53,092 nucleotides of DNA from Escherichia phage ST32. The DNA is taken from sequence record NC_047830.1; one strand, written 5' to 3'. A model generated the notes under the pieces. It was not told the DNA's origin and ran no database searches. It saw nothing but the letters and a program-made list of their open reading frames with translations. Numbering within the stretch: position 1 is the first letter of the stretch; each line of letters begins with the position of its first letter. Shown here in pieces: positions 15,909 to 24,885 of this stretch. The translations under genes and the position numbers were made by a program.

Positions 15909-16003
15909 GGACGAGTAGCTCAGAAGGTTTGCATTGTGCTCAGTCAGGTAGAGCAATCTGTTCGACAGATGTGTCGTTGGTTCGAATCCAACCTCGTCCG
16001 CCA
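15909..16003 (+). tRNA. tRNA-like gene, non-canonical (anticodon possibly UCG, Arg); may be a pseudo-tRNA
   Basis: 7-bp acceptor stem GGACGAG/CTCGTCC, T-arm GTTGG-TTCGAAT-CCAAC, encoded CCA; but a roughly 20-nt insertion (AGAAGGTTTGCATTGTGCTC) sits in the D-arm and the anticodon arm is ambiguous. Confidence 0.55.
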
Positions 16004-16028
16004 CTCTCAACAATAACATGGAGTCCTC

Positions 16029-16169
16029 ATGGACATTGATGCATTAGACAATTTGGACTTCGGTGCTGCCGAAGAAGCAATTGAAGAACTCAAGAAGAAG
16101 CAGGACGAAGAAGCAATCGTTCCTGGTGCTGGCGATAATGACTGCTCAAGCGGTGCGTGTGCCATCTAA
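16029..16169 (+). CDS. possible small acidic peptide (46 aa) ending in DCSSGACAI
   Basis: ORF below track cutoff, GGAG 7 nt upstream; starts 26 nt after the tRNA. Confidence 0.3.
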   Translation: MDIDALDNLDFGAAEEAIEELKKKQDEEAIVPGAGDNDCSSGACAI

Positions 16170-16177
16170 GGTGATTT

Positions 16178-16414
16178 ATGCAACAGCTTAAATCAATAGT
16201 TCTTGGCGTCCTGACTGCATTTGGTATTCTCATTGCAGTGTTCCTCAAAGGCAAAAGCTCAGGCAAAGCCGAGGGGCGTCAGGAAGCCACAGAGAAGCAA
16301 CTGGATTCATTAAAAGAATCTATCGAGATTAAATCGCATGTTCAGAAAGAAGTGTCTAGCAGTTCTGATAGCAATGTCGATAGTGAGTTGCTCTCAAAGT
16401 GGGTTCGTAAGTGA
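16178..16414 (+). CDS. i-spanin (Rz-like): N-terminal transmembrane segment plus charged periplasmic domain
   Basis: AAGGTGA RBS; hydrophobic IVLGVLTAFGILIAVFL then charged sequence; overlaps a lipoprotein ORF in another frame. Confidence 0.55.
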   Translation: MQQLKSIVLGVLTAFGILIAVFLKGKSSGKAEGRQEATEKQLDSLKESIEIKSHVQKEVSSSSDSNVDSELLSKWVRK

Positions 16415-16547
16415 TTATTGCTTAATTGCACAACCAATATATTTGGATGTTGCAGAAGTGAAAATACTATCACGCGAAACCAAAACACAGATTTTAGTCC
16501 ACAATGAAACGTGGGCACAAAAGTGTTCGAAACTTACCCGACAGTGA
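16338..16547 (+). CDS. o-spanin (Rz1-like) outer-membrane lipoprotein
   Basis: signal peptide with lipobox IVSC; starts inside the i-spanin gene in the +1 frame and extends beyond it. Confidence 0.55.
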   Translation: MFRKKCLAVLIAMSIVSCSQSGFVSDYCLIAQPIYLDVAEVKILSRETKTQILVHNETWAQKCSKLTRQ

Positions 16548-17403
16548 GTGAACAAGACGGACGTCTATAACTTCCCACATAAAGTCGAGGGAGTGCGCGA
16601 CTTTAAATAACGAGACTCTAGCAACTTGTTGCGATGGTGGTGTAAGCCCATGCGTTTGGAAGCAGGACTCCAACTCAAACAAACCTGCAAATTGCTCTGG
16701 GCATAACAATTGAAATTGCTGCCTCGCATTGAACGCGAGAAAGTTCAGGTAGTCACTTCCTAGAACAGTGTCCGAGAACACCCTCGCCAAAGTGCTTGAG
16801 AACGTTAGCTCTGTCTTGCCAGCATTAATGGCACGTTGGCCGCGTAAAGGCCACAGCGTCTGACCAACGTATCGGTCACCAAATTCAATGGATTCGTAGA
16901 GTTAATTAAACCTGCACGATGGGATAGGGATGTAGCATCCGAGGCCGACTGTGTAATTGTGAACTTCGCGTTCGCCGAATCCGCCAATCGGGAGAAAGTG
17001 CTGTGGACGATATTGTATCGTAGGTGGTCGCATTCCACCCTCCCAACTTCTACCAAACAGTTATGCCTCTGTTCAAAAGGCTCAAGAGAGCGTCTGGCAT
17101 ACCGTAGCGATACGGCTTAGTTGCGCTGATTGTGTTGTGCAGAAAGAAAGTTCAGGCTTTCGTTTGGGTTACTCCTCATCCCGAAGTTAGCTGGATTCAA
17201 AATCCAGACTATGTTCCTATACACATGAAATATGCAAGTCGAGGGTTCTTAATGTTCAAACATGATGCGAGCATTAAGCGGGTTTATACTTTTCCCCGAT
17301 GGTCCCCATAAACAAGGCTGATTCACTTGGGCGGTTCGAATCAAATTTAATAAGTGTTTTGTAATAGTCAGGGCACTTACTTAAATTTTAACTGGAGAGA
17401 AAC

Positions 17404-17634
17404 ATGAAAACTGCTGAAATTGCCGAAGAGATTTATAAGGCCGTAATAGCCAACCAAATCACAAGTGAAGTCCTGCACATGGATATTGAAGAAGTTCGCA
17501 ATGCCTTTGGTGGTTTTGCAATCTTGTCAATAGAGGCTGCGGAAGCACTGACAAACACGTACAATCAACGCGAATATGAAAAGCGTTCTGTACTAAATGC
17601 GTCGCTGAAAGAAATACAGGCGTCATTAAAATAA
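17404..17634 (+). CDS. hypothetical protein
   Basis: ORF with GGAGAG RBS. Confidence 0.55.
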   Translation: MKTAEIAEEIYKAVIANQITSEVLHMDIEEVRNAFGGFAILSIEAAEALTNTYNQREYEKRSVLNASLKEIQASLK

Positions 17635-17690
17635 TACCATTATCATGGTGCGGAGCTAATTAATCTCCCACCATATGAACCGGAGAGCAA

Positions 17691-18341
17691 ATGATTACTG
17701 CAACACTCGTTGACCACATGGGCAGCGACCTCACAACTGTTAATGCTGCACGAGTTTCTTATGGTGCAGAGTCGCATGAAATATCTTTACGTGACGAGAA
17801 GCTGATTGAGTTTCTTGCAAAGCATAAGCACATTACGCCGTTTCGCCACGCACAGGTAACATTGCGTTGCAAAGCTCCAATCTTCATTGCACGTCAGCTT
17901 GGCAAACATCAAACTGGCTTTAGTTGGAATGAGGTTAGCCGTCGTTACAAAGATGGTGAAGCAATCTCTATTGAATGCTTTGTACCAGATGTTGTATTTG
18001 GTCGTCCTGAAAAGTTGATGACTCAGACTGCACAACCGTTGCCACAAGATTTTGCTGACGATATTCATTATCGCATGGAAAGCCATAACAAGGCTTGCAT
18101 CGCAGAGTATGAAACGTTAATTGGTTTGGGGATTGCCCCAGAGCAAGCTCGCATGGTTCTTCCACAATCCATGATGACTGAATGGATTTGGACTGGCTCA
18201 CTTTATGGCTGGGCATCTATGTATAATCAACGTTCCTCCGAACATGCGCAATATGAAGTTCGCTTGTTTGCGGAAGAAGTGAATAAAATCATGTCAGAAC
18301 TGTTCCCAATTTGTTGGAAGGCTCTGACCAACCAGGAATAA
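17691..18341 (+). CDS. thyX: flavin-dependent thymidylate synthase (ThyX)-like
   Basis: ThyX blocks VNAARVS, HITPFRH, KAPIFIARQ, SWNEVSRRY, ARMVLP; canonical RHR appears as KHQ. Confidence 0.8.
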   Translation: MITATLVDHMGSDLTTVNAARVSYGAESHEISLRDEKLIEFLAKHKHITPFRHAQVTLRCKAPIFIARQLGKHQTGFSWNEVSRRYKDGEAISIECFVPDVVFGRPEKLMTQTAQPLPQDFADDIHYRMESHNKACIAEYETLIGLGIAPEQARMVLPQSMMTEWIWTGSLYGWASMYNQRSSEHAQYEVRLFAEEVNKIMSELFPICWKALTNQE

Positions 18342-18345
18342 ATAA

Positions 18346-20109
18346 ATGAACGTCAAGCAATGTGTGGCTAAGATTAAGCACGATGTACCAGACTGTAAAT
18401 CCACATCTGGCAAGTCTTTACAGGTTTGGTTGAATGTCGATGAAGCTGGTAATAAGAACTTCTCTGGTTACTGCTTTGCGTGTGGCGTTCTAGTACCAAA
18501 TCCTTATGGCAATAATCCGGAGAACATTCCAGAGATTAAAGTCAAAACTCCAGAAGAAATTCAGGAAGAAGTTGATGAAATCACTGCTTGTCCTCCGTTT
18601 GATTTAACCCATCGCAGCATTGAGCCAGAATTTTGGAAAGCTGCTGGTGTTCGACTTCTGTATTCAGAGTATGATGGAAAGACTCCAAATGCTCTGGCAC
18701 ATGGCTACACCAAAAATGGCAAACTTGTTCGTTGGAAGATTAAACTTCTGAACAAGAAAGTCATGTGGTCGGTTGGCGACACTCAGGGTAACGACCCTTA
18801 CAACTGGATGGCTGCAAAAGCAATTGGCGGTAAGACACTGTTCATCACAGAAGGTGAAGAAGACTGTATCGCATTGCGTCAAATCCTCAAAACTATGAAC
18901 CGTGGTGGTGCATACGAAGATTTGGATTTTGCTGTAATTAGTTTGAGTGACGGGAGTGATTCCGTACACAAATGTTTGTCACCAGTTGCAGAAGAAATTA
19001 AGCAACGTTGGGAGCAGGTTGTTATCGTATTTGATGATGATGAACCTGGACGTAAAGCTGCAAAAGAAGCGTGCCGATTGTTGCCTGGTGCAATGATTGC
19101 AACACTTCCAGCTAACGATGCCAACGATTGTTTGAAGCGTGGCTTGCTGAAAGCTACTCAATCTGCTGTTGTGTTCCGTGCTGCTCGTCCTCTGCCCACA
19201 GCACTTGTCAACAAAGAACTTCTTATGGAAGAGCTTGATGACGAGGTTGAACAGGGTGTGGATTATCCTTGGCCTAAGTTAACCGACTTAATGTTTGGTC
19301 AACGTCGAGCCGAAGTTATTACAATTGGTGGTGCAGAAGGTGGTGGTAAAACTACACTGTCCCGTCAGATTGTGCACCACAACATTACCAAGCATGATTG
19401 GGGAGTGTTTACTGCATACATGGAGGAAACTCCTACAGAAACACTGCGCCGAATGGCTGGCCTTAATGACAACTTGCCATATTGGGAACCTGCGTTCACT
19501 CGTGAAGACCCTCGATATGATGAAGCTAAGTTCCGTCAAACTGCTGCGAAGATGCTTCGTAACATGGAGATTTGGGACCGCAAGCAAGCTGGAGAAGACC
19601 CTTATGAAACCTGGGATGGGTTAAAGACGATTCTTCGTCAGATTGGACCAGACATTGATATGTTTGTCCTTGATAACTTAACCTACTTATCGGAAGGGAT
19701 TTCTGCCTCAGAGAAGAACGACTTCTTAGGTAAGCTGTATGCAGATATTACTAAGCTGGCAGACCAATACCAGTTCCATGTAAATATTCTGTCACACCTT
19801 AACCCTGTGGCAAAAGGCCAACGACCTCATGAAGATGGTGGACGTATTAAGAAGTCAGACTTTACTGGCTCTCGTGCTGCTGCTAAATATTCTCATGGTA
19901 TGTTCGGCTTTGAGCGTAATAGCCAGGCAGTTGACCCAAACTGTTCTATCATTCGTTCCATTAAGGCTCGTAAGAGTGGTAAAACAGAAGGCTTTAAGAC
20001 TTACTACGACACCGAATCTGGTCGAATCATCCAACGTTCTTGGGATGACTCGCTGTTCGAAACCAAAGAGATTGTTCAGCTTACTAAGAAGAACGGTCCA
20101 CACCAATAA
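18346..20109 (+). CDS. primase-helicase (T7 gp4-like)
   Basis: N-terminal Cys zinc motif (CFACG), TOPRIM-like FITEGEEDCIAL, Walker A GGAEGGGKTT. Confidence 0.85.
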   Translation: MNVKQCVAKIKHDVPDCKSTSGKSLQVWLNVDEAGNKNFSGYCFACGVLVPNPYGNNPENIPEIKVKTPEEIQEEVDEITACPPFDLTHRSIEPEFWKAAGVRLLYSEYDGKTPNALAHGYTKNGKLVRWKIKLLNKKVMWSVGDTQGNDPYNWMAAKAIGGKTLFITEGEEDCIALRQILKTMNRGGAYEDLDFAVISLSDGSDSVHKCLSPVAEEIKQRWEQVVIVFDDDEPGRKAAKEACRLLPGAMIATLPANDANDCLKRGLLKATQSAVVFRAARPLPTALVNKELLMEELDDEVEQGVDYPWPKLTDLMFGQRRAEVITIGGAEGGGKTTLSRQIVHHNITKHDWGVFTAYMEETPTETLRRMAGLNDNLPYWEPAFTREDPRYDEAKFRQTAAKMLRNMEIWDRKQAGEDPYETWDGLKTILRQIGPDIDMFVLDNLTYLSEGISASEKNDFLGKLYADITKLADQYQFHVNILSHLNPVAKGQRPHEDGGRIKKSDFTGSRAAAKYSHGMFGFERNSQAVDPNCSIIRSIKARKSGKTEGFKTYYDTESGRIIQRSWDDSLFETKEIVQLTKKNGPHQ

Positions 20110-20195
20110 CAGAGCTGCTACGCTGCATGGTTCGCCCACCAGCGTGGCCCTCACCAATCCATTGGAGCCATACTGTGTTGTATCCTTGGGAAAAT

Positions 20196-22109
20196 ATGTA
20201 TGCCAGTGACATTGAAACAACTGGTCTGTTGGAGCAAATGCGCAAGCAAGCTGCACCACGTCTTCACAACATCGGGTATATTGATGTTCTGACTCGTGAA
20301 GAAACTGTAATAGAGTGGACCGACAGAAAGTCTATCCAGGCATTTCTGGATACAGGCCCGACACTAATCATGCACAACGGCGCAACCTTTGACTTCGAAG
20401 CACTGAGGTTCCTGGGCTACGACGTTTCAAAATGTACACTAATTGATACTTTGTTTATCAGTTGGTATCTGCAACCTCGTCGTGTTAAGCACGGCTTAGA
20501 AGGTTACGGTGAAGAGTTTGGCGTGCCAAAACCAGTCATTGAAGATTGGGAAAATCAAACTCAAGAAGAATACAACCATCGTGTGATGGAAGACTGCAAG
20601 ATTCAGTTGAAGCTGTGGGAACAGCAGTACCTTCAACTCTTGAAGATTTATAAGTCTCCTAGCGAAGTTAAACGCTTCGTTGAATACTTAATGACAAAGG
20701 CTCGCCAACAAGTTATTCAACAACGTACTCGCTGGAAGCTGAACATTGAGAAGGCATTGGCATTTAAGGCCAAGCTGGAGCCAATGATTAAAGAGAAGAC
20801 GGACGCATTGGAAGCATCAATGCCGCGTGTTCCAGAATATGTTATCAAAACCCGTCCAGCTAAATGCCACAAGATGAACGGGCAACTGTCTGCCACTGGA
20901 ATTAAGTGGAAGGCTATTTGTGATGCGAACGGTTTGGACTGGAAAGACCCAGACCTGGCCATCAAAGTTCTTAAAGGTTATAAGAAGCCTAATGCTGGTT
21001 CACATGTTCAAATCAAAGATTGGTTGTTCAGCCTAGGCTGGGAACCAGAAACATTTAAGTTTGACCGTAATAAGGAAACAGGTGAAACTCGCCAGATTCC
21101 ACAAATCACTGTGAAGGATGAAGATGGCAATCCTGAAATATGTCCGAGCTTGCATAAGCTGGCGGAAAGAAACCCCGACTCTGGTATTCAACATCTTATT
21201 GGGATGGGCGTGTATAAACACCGTCTGTCTGTTGTTAATGGCTTCCTTCGCGACGTCGATGAAGATGGGTTCCTTACTGCACGATGTGGTGGCCTTACCA
21301 ATACTTTACGCCTTAAACATCGCGAACTTGTTAACCTCCCTTCTATTCGTGTATTTGGCGGTGAAGAACTGCGTTCAATGCTGGAAGCGTGGCGTGAAGA
21401 CTACGAACAGTTAGGCTCTGACTTGTGCTCACTGGAAGACCGTTGTAAGCACCACTTCCAGTGGATGTATGACCCTGAATACGTTAAGAAGCAGTTGGCA
21501 CCAGACTATGATGCTCACCTTGCAATCGGCGTAATTGGTGGATTTATTACCGAACAAGAATCTCAGGACCACAAGGACGGAATTAAGAAGTGTAAACAAC
21601 GTCCAATGTTTAAGACCACAAACTATGCTTGCCAGTATGGTGCTGGTGTACCAACTGTAGCTCGTTCTGCTGGCTGTGACCAGACTACTGCTGCACGACT
21701 GCATAAAGCATATTGGGACTTGAACTGGTCTATTAAAGAGATTGCTGCAAACACCAAAGTTATCACAGTTGATGGTCAGATGTGGCAACAGAATCCAGTA
21801 AACAAATTCTGGTATTCGTTGCGTACAGAGAAAGACCGCTTCTCCACATTGTGTCAGGGTACTGGTGCATATGTGTTTGATGTTTGGTGTAACAACATCA
21901 TTGCAATTTGTAATGAGCGTTGGGGCTGTGACCCACTTCTGTCCGGGCAATTCCATGATGAATTGATTCTCCAAGTTAAGAAAGGCTTCCGTGATTTGTG
22001 GACGGACTTGCTTAATGAGGCAATGGACCGAACCAACAAAGAACTTAAACTTAACCGTGATTGTGCATGTGATGTGCAGTTCGGTGATAACTACGCAGAG
22101 ATTCACTAA
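20196..22109 (+). CDS. DNA polymerase, family A (T7 gp5-like), with 3'-5' exonuclease domain
   Basis: Exo I MYASDIETTGL; pol motifs KTTNYACQYGAG and FHDELIL; track ORF begins at 20127, ATG 20196 matches the T7-type N-terminus. Confidence 0.85.
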   Translation: MYASDIETTGLLEQMRKQAAPRLHNIGYIDVLTREETVIEWTDRKSIQAFLDTGPTLIMHNGATFDFEALRFLGYDVSKCTLIDTLFISWYLQPRRVKHGLEGYGEEFGVPKPVIEDWENQTQEEYNHRVMEDCKIQLKLWEQQYLQLLKIYKSPSEVKRFVEYLMTKARQQVIQQRTRWKLNIEKALAFKAKLEPMIKEKTDALEASMPRVPEYVIKTRPAKCHKMNGQLSATGIKWKAICDANGLDWKDPDLAIKVLKGYKKPNAGSHVQIKDWLFSLGWEPETFKFDRNKETGETRQIPQITVKDEDGNPEICPSLHKLAERNPDSGIQHLIGMGVYKHRLSVVNGFLRDVDEDGFLTARCGGLTNTLRLKHRELVNLPSIRVFGGEELRSMLEAWREDYEQLGSDLCSLEDRCKHHFQWMYDPEYVKKQLAPDYDAHLAIGVIGGFITEQESQDHKDGIKKCKQRPMFKTTNYACQYGAGVPTVARSAGCDQTTAARLHKAYWDLNWSIKEIAANTKVITVDGQMWQQNPVNKFWYSLRTEKDRFSTLCQGTGAYVFDVWCNNIIAICNERWGCDPLLSGQFHDELILQVKKGFRDLWTDLLNEAMDRTNKELKLNRDCACDVQFGDNYAEIH

Positions 22110-22381
22110 TGAAAACTGTATATTCTATTTTTGATGTACAGGAATCAGAGCACCACATGTTTGCTACCGATTCCGAAGTTCTCGCAAAGGACGCTGTAAT
22201 TGCGTTCCTTGAAAAGATTAAGGACAAAGTTTTCGCTTCGTCCGACCCACAGTCTCAAGCATTTAACGATGAGACATTTAAAAGCCTCCAAACTTTAATT
22301 TCGGCAACGTCTTCATTTGAAGAGCTGTCCGAAGCATTAGTTGGATATGACTTCCGACTTGCTATGTTGCAGGTCGACTAA
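22109..22381 (+). CDS. hypothetical protein
   Basis: ORF, TAATG overlap. Confidence 0.5.
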   Translation: MKTVYSIFDVQESEHHMFATDSEVLAKDAVIAFLEKIKDKVFASSDPQSQAFNDETFKSLQTLISATSSFEELSEALVGYDFRLAMLQVD

Positions 22382-22411
22382 CTCCTAAACTGAAATTTAA
22401 AGGTACTCAAA

Positions 22412-23278
22412 ATGGCATTTGCTGCTCCTACACTGGCCTCGAACAAGACTCCTTCTGCTGCACCATTACTGGAAGCGGGTGGTTATCCTGCTCGTGTTTG
22501 CCGTATTATCGACCTGGGCTTACAGCCTGGTTCTGCTAAATATCCTACTCCTTCCTTGAAACTTCTGGTGACTTTCGAACTGCTCGACGAGTACATGAAA
22601 GAGGTTGACAGTGAAGGTAAAATGGTCATGGTCCAAGACCCAGACGAAGATGACGGCATCATGATGGCGAAGAATCTTGAAGACAAGCCGCGTTGGTTTG
22701 ACTTTGAGTTTACCTATAATGCTGACGGCTTCATGGGTGAGAACTCCCACATCTACAAATTCGCTAAAGCGATTGATGCACTGGAAGTTAAACCGAATCT
22801 GGAACAAGGTATTCAGGGCCATCCTGCCAAGAACCTGCCAGATTGGTTGGGCGAACCTCTGATTGTTGGCATTGTTCAGTATACCAAGCAGTCAGGTAAG
22901 AATGCTGGCCAGGTTGCAAACAAAGTTGCTACCTTCTCTCCGATGAAATCTAAGGAGAAGAAAGAGGCTAAAGCTCTGGTTAACCCGACTGTCTTCTTTG
23001 ACATGTCTGAGCCGGACCTGGAAGTATTCAACAAACTGCCAGGTGGCGAATCTCCGTATGCAATCAAGAACCGCATTACTTCCGGTGTTGATTTCTATAA
23101 GACTAAGCTGTCTGCACTGTTAGGCGGTAAACCTGCCGATGAAGGCGCTGTACCGAATCAGGCTTCTGATGAAGAAGTTGATGCAGCTATGAAAGCTGAA
23201 CTGGAAGCACAGGCTGCTGCAAAAGCACAGCGTGAAGCGGAAGGTGGTGCTGCTGGCGGTACGGGTATGCCGTTCTAA
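22412..23278 (+). CDS. abundant protein, possible ssDNA-binding/annealing protein (ends ...GGTGMPF)
   Basis: host-like high-expression codon usage; position between DNA polymerase and exonuclease; C-terminal PF tip; followed by a terminator. Confidence 0.6.
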   Translation: MAFAAPTLASNKTPSAAPLLEAGGYPARVCRIIDLGLQPGSAKYPTPSLKLLVTFELLDEYMKEVDSEGKMVMVQDPDEDDGIMMAKNLEDKPRWFDFEFTYNADGFMGENSHIYKFAKAIDALEVKPNLEQGIQGHPAKNLPDWLGEPLIVGIVQYTKQSGKNAGQVANKVATFSPMKSKEKKEAKALVNPTVFFDMSEPDLEVFNKLPGGESPYAIKNRITSGVDFYKTKLSALLGGKPADEGAVPNQASDEEVDAAMKAELEAQAAAKAQREAEGGAAGGTGMPF

Positions 23279-23288
23279 TTATAAATAT

Positions 23289-23313
23289 GGCTCCTTCGGG
23301 AGCCTTTAATTTT
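23289..23313 (+). terminator. intrinsic terminator GGCTCC-TTCG-GGAGCC plus TTTAATTTT
   Basis: perfect 6-bp stem, UUCG tetraloop, T-rich tract. Confidence 0.65.
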
Positions 23314-23326
23314 GGAGCTTACCAAA

Positions 23327-24349
23327 GTGAGTAAGAAACGAGTTTTGTTGCTGGTTGACGGCGACATGGTTGCATTCAGCCACTGTGCTGCTGAGGAATA
23401 CGGCAAAGATTCAGAAGATATTAACTTTGCTAAGATTCAAATGTCAATGGATTCCAAGATGGAATTCCTTGCGAAACGTGTGGGAGCTACAGAAGTAGTC
23501 ACCTGCATTTCACCATCCAAAACATTCCGTAACGTTCTTGCCGAGAATTACAAAGGCAACCGTGATGACGTATGGCGACCAGAAAACTTGAAGAATGCGA
23601 AAGCACATCTTATGGTTGCCTGGAATGGCGTATGGATGAAAGGTCTGGAAGCAGATGACCTCCTTGCTGTATTCGCACGTCATGAATACGAAATGACAAT
23701 GGGTAAACGTAATGAGATTAAGAGCCTCAAGCGCATTGGTCCTTGCACATATGATGAAGTCTGGATTGCGTCGCTGGACAAAGACTTGCGACAAATCGGG
23801 CAGAATGGTGGTGCTGGTCCGGTAATTAAACATTACCAATGGGAACGAGAAACCCAAGGTATTGGTGAGAAGGTTGTAACTCCGCAGGATTACGGCGAAC
23901 TCAAATTAATCATCAAGGACAATGGCAAATCGAAGAAGAAAGAAGTTAAAGGCAATGGCCCTAAATTCTTCTTGCATCAATTGCTTATTGGCGACTCAAC
24001 AGATAACGTTATGGGTTGCGGAGTTCTTGAAGAAAGAATCTACAAAACTGGTGCCAAAGCCGGAGAAACTTATTTCCGTCGTGATGGTATTGGTGCAGTT
24101 GCTTCATTCGAAATGCTGGATGGTACAACCTCCTATGCAGAAGGTTTGAAGAAAGTTATTGGTGCATACATTATGCGCTTCGGAGATGGTTGGGAACAAG
24201 AGCTGCTCAAAGTGGGCCGTCTTGTTTACATGCACCATCAAATTGAAAAGGGTAATTGTGTTCGCTTGTGGCATTACAAGAACATTAACGAATACTTTGA
24301 CCTTAAAGAGAATCGTATCCTCACTCAAGAAGAGTACCTCCAGAAATAA
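23327..24349 (+). CDS. 5'-3' exonuclease / flap endonuclease (T7 gp6-like)
   Basis: N-terminal RVLLLVDGDMVAF PIN-like motif; GTG 23327 follows the terminator; track start TTG 23312 lies in the T-tract. Confidence 0.8.
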   Translation: MSKKRVLLLVDGDMVAFSHCAAEEYGKDSEDINFAKIQMSMDSKMEFLAKRVGATEVVTCISPSKTFRNVLAENYKGNRDDVWRPENLKNAKAHLMVAWNGVWMKGLEADDLLAVFARHEYEMTMGKRNEIKSLKRIGPCTYDEVWIASLDKDLRQIGQNGGAGPVIKHYQWERETQGIGEKVVTPQDYGELKLIIKDNGKSKKKEVKGNGPKFFLHQLLIGDSTDNVMGCGVLEERIYKTGAKAGETYFRRDGIGAVASFEMLDGTTSYAEGLKKVIGAYIMRFGDGWEQELLKVGRLVYMHHQIEKGNCVRLWHYKNINEYFDLKENRILTQEEYLQK

Positions 24350-24360
24350 TTGGAGTTGGA

Positions 24361-24885
24361 ATGGCTTACGGTTATTGTGGAACGGAAGCCAAGTTTGTAT
24401 CTTGGCTCCAATCTGCTATTCGAAGTGTTTGGTCTAAACACCCAAGCAAACTCGCGCTGATACAATCTCGACGCATTGCATTGAAGGTCGGTGACTCAAA
24501 GAAACCAATCTTCCACATTCAATGCTACCATTGCAAGAAGTTGTATAAGCTCAAAGAGATTGAAGTAAACCACAAAGTTCAGGTTGGTGGCCTCCTTAAG
24601 TTGGAAGACCTACACCGATTTGTGGACAACCTTTTACTGGTTCAGCCAGAAGATTTGGAGTTGCTGTGTAAAGATTGTCACGGCATTATTACATACATGG
24701 AACGATATGGTGTATCACGACGTGATGCAGTCATTGAGAAGAAGTGTATTGCATTTGCCAAATTGTCTGACGAAGAGCAAATTGCCAAGTGCAATCTTGC
24801 TAAAATAGAGCCAGTTCCTAAAACCAAAATCGGACGCAAGAATGCTGTTCGAGAATACCTGAGAAAGAATCTTAATGTCTATTAA
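24361..24885 (+). CDS. HNH endonuclease
   Basis: CYHC...EVNHK...CKDCHG; free-standing gene between exonuclease and ligase. Confidence 0.65.
   Translation: MAYGYCGTEAKFVSWLQSAIRSVWSKHPSKLALIQSRRIALKVGDSKKPIFHIQCYHCKKLYKLKEIEVNHKVQVGGLLKLEDLHRFVDNLLLVQPEDLELLCKDCHGIITYMERYGVSRRDAVIEKKCIAFAKLSDEEQIAKCNLAKIEPVPKTKIGRKNAVREYLRKNLNVY

Noticed and set aside
15909-16003. tmRNA or group I intron within the tRNA-like gene
   Set aside because: No tag-peptide ORF ending in ALAA-type sequence; the 20-nt insert is far too short for a group I intron.
16494-17056. Minus-strand ORFs 16494-16790 and 16805-17056
   Set aside because: Opposite to the uniform + strand gene orientation, no recognisable domains or RBS; treated as chance ORFs.
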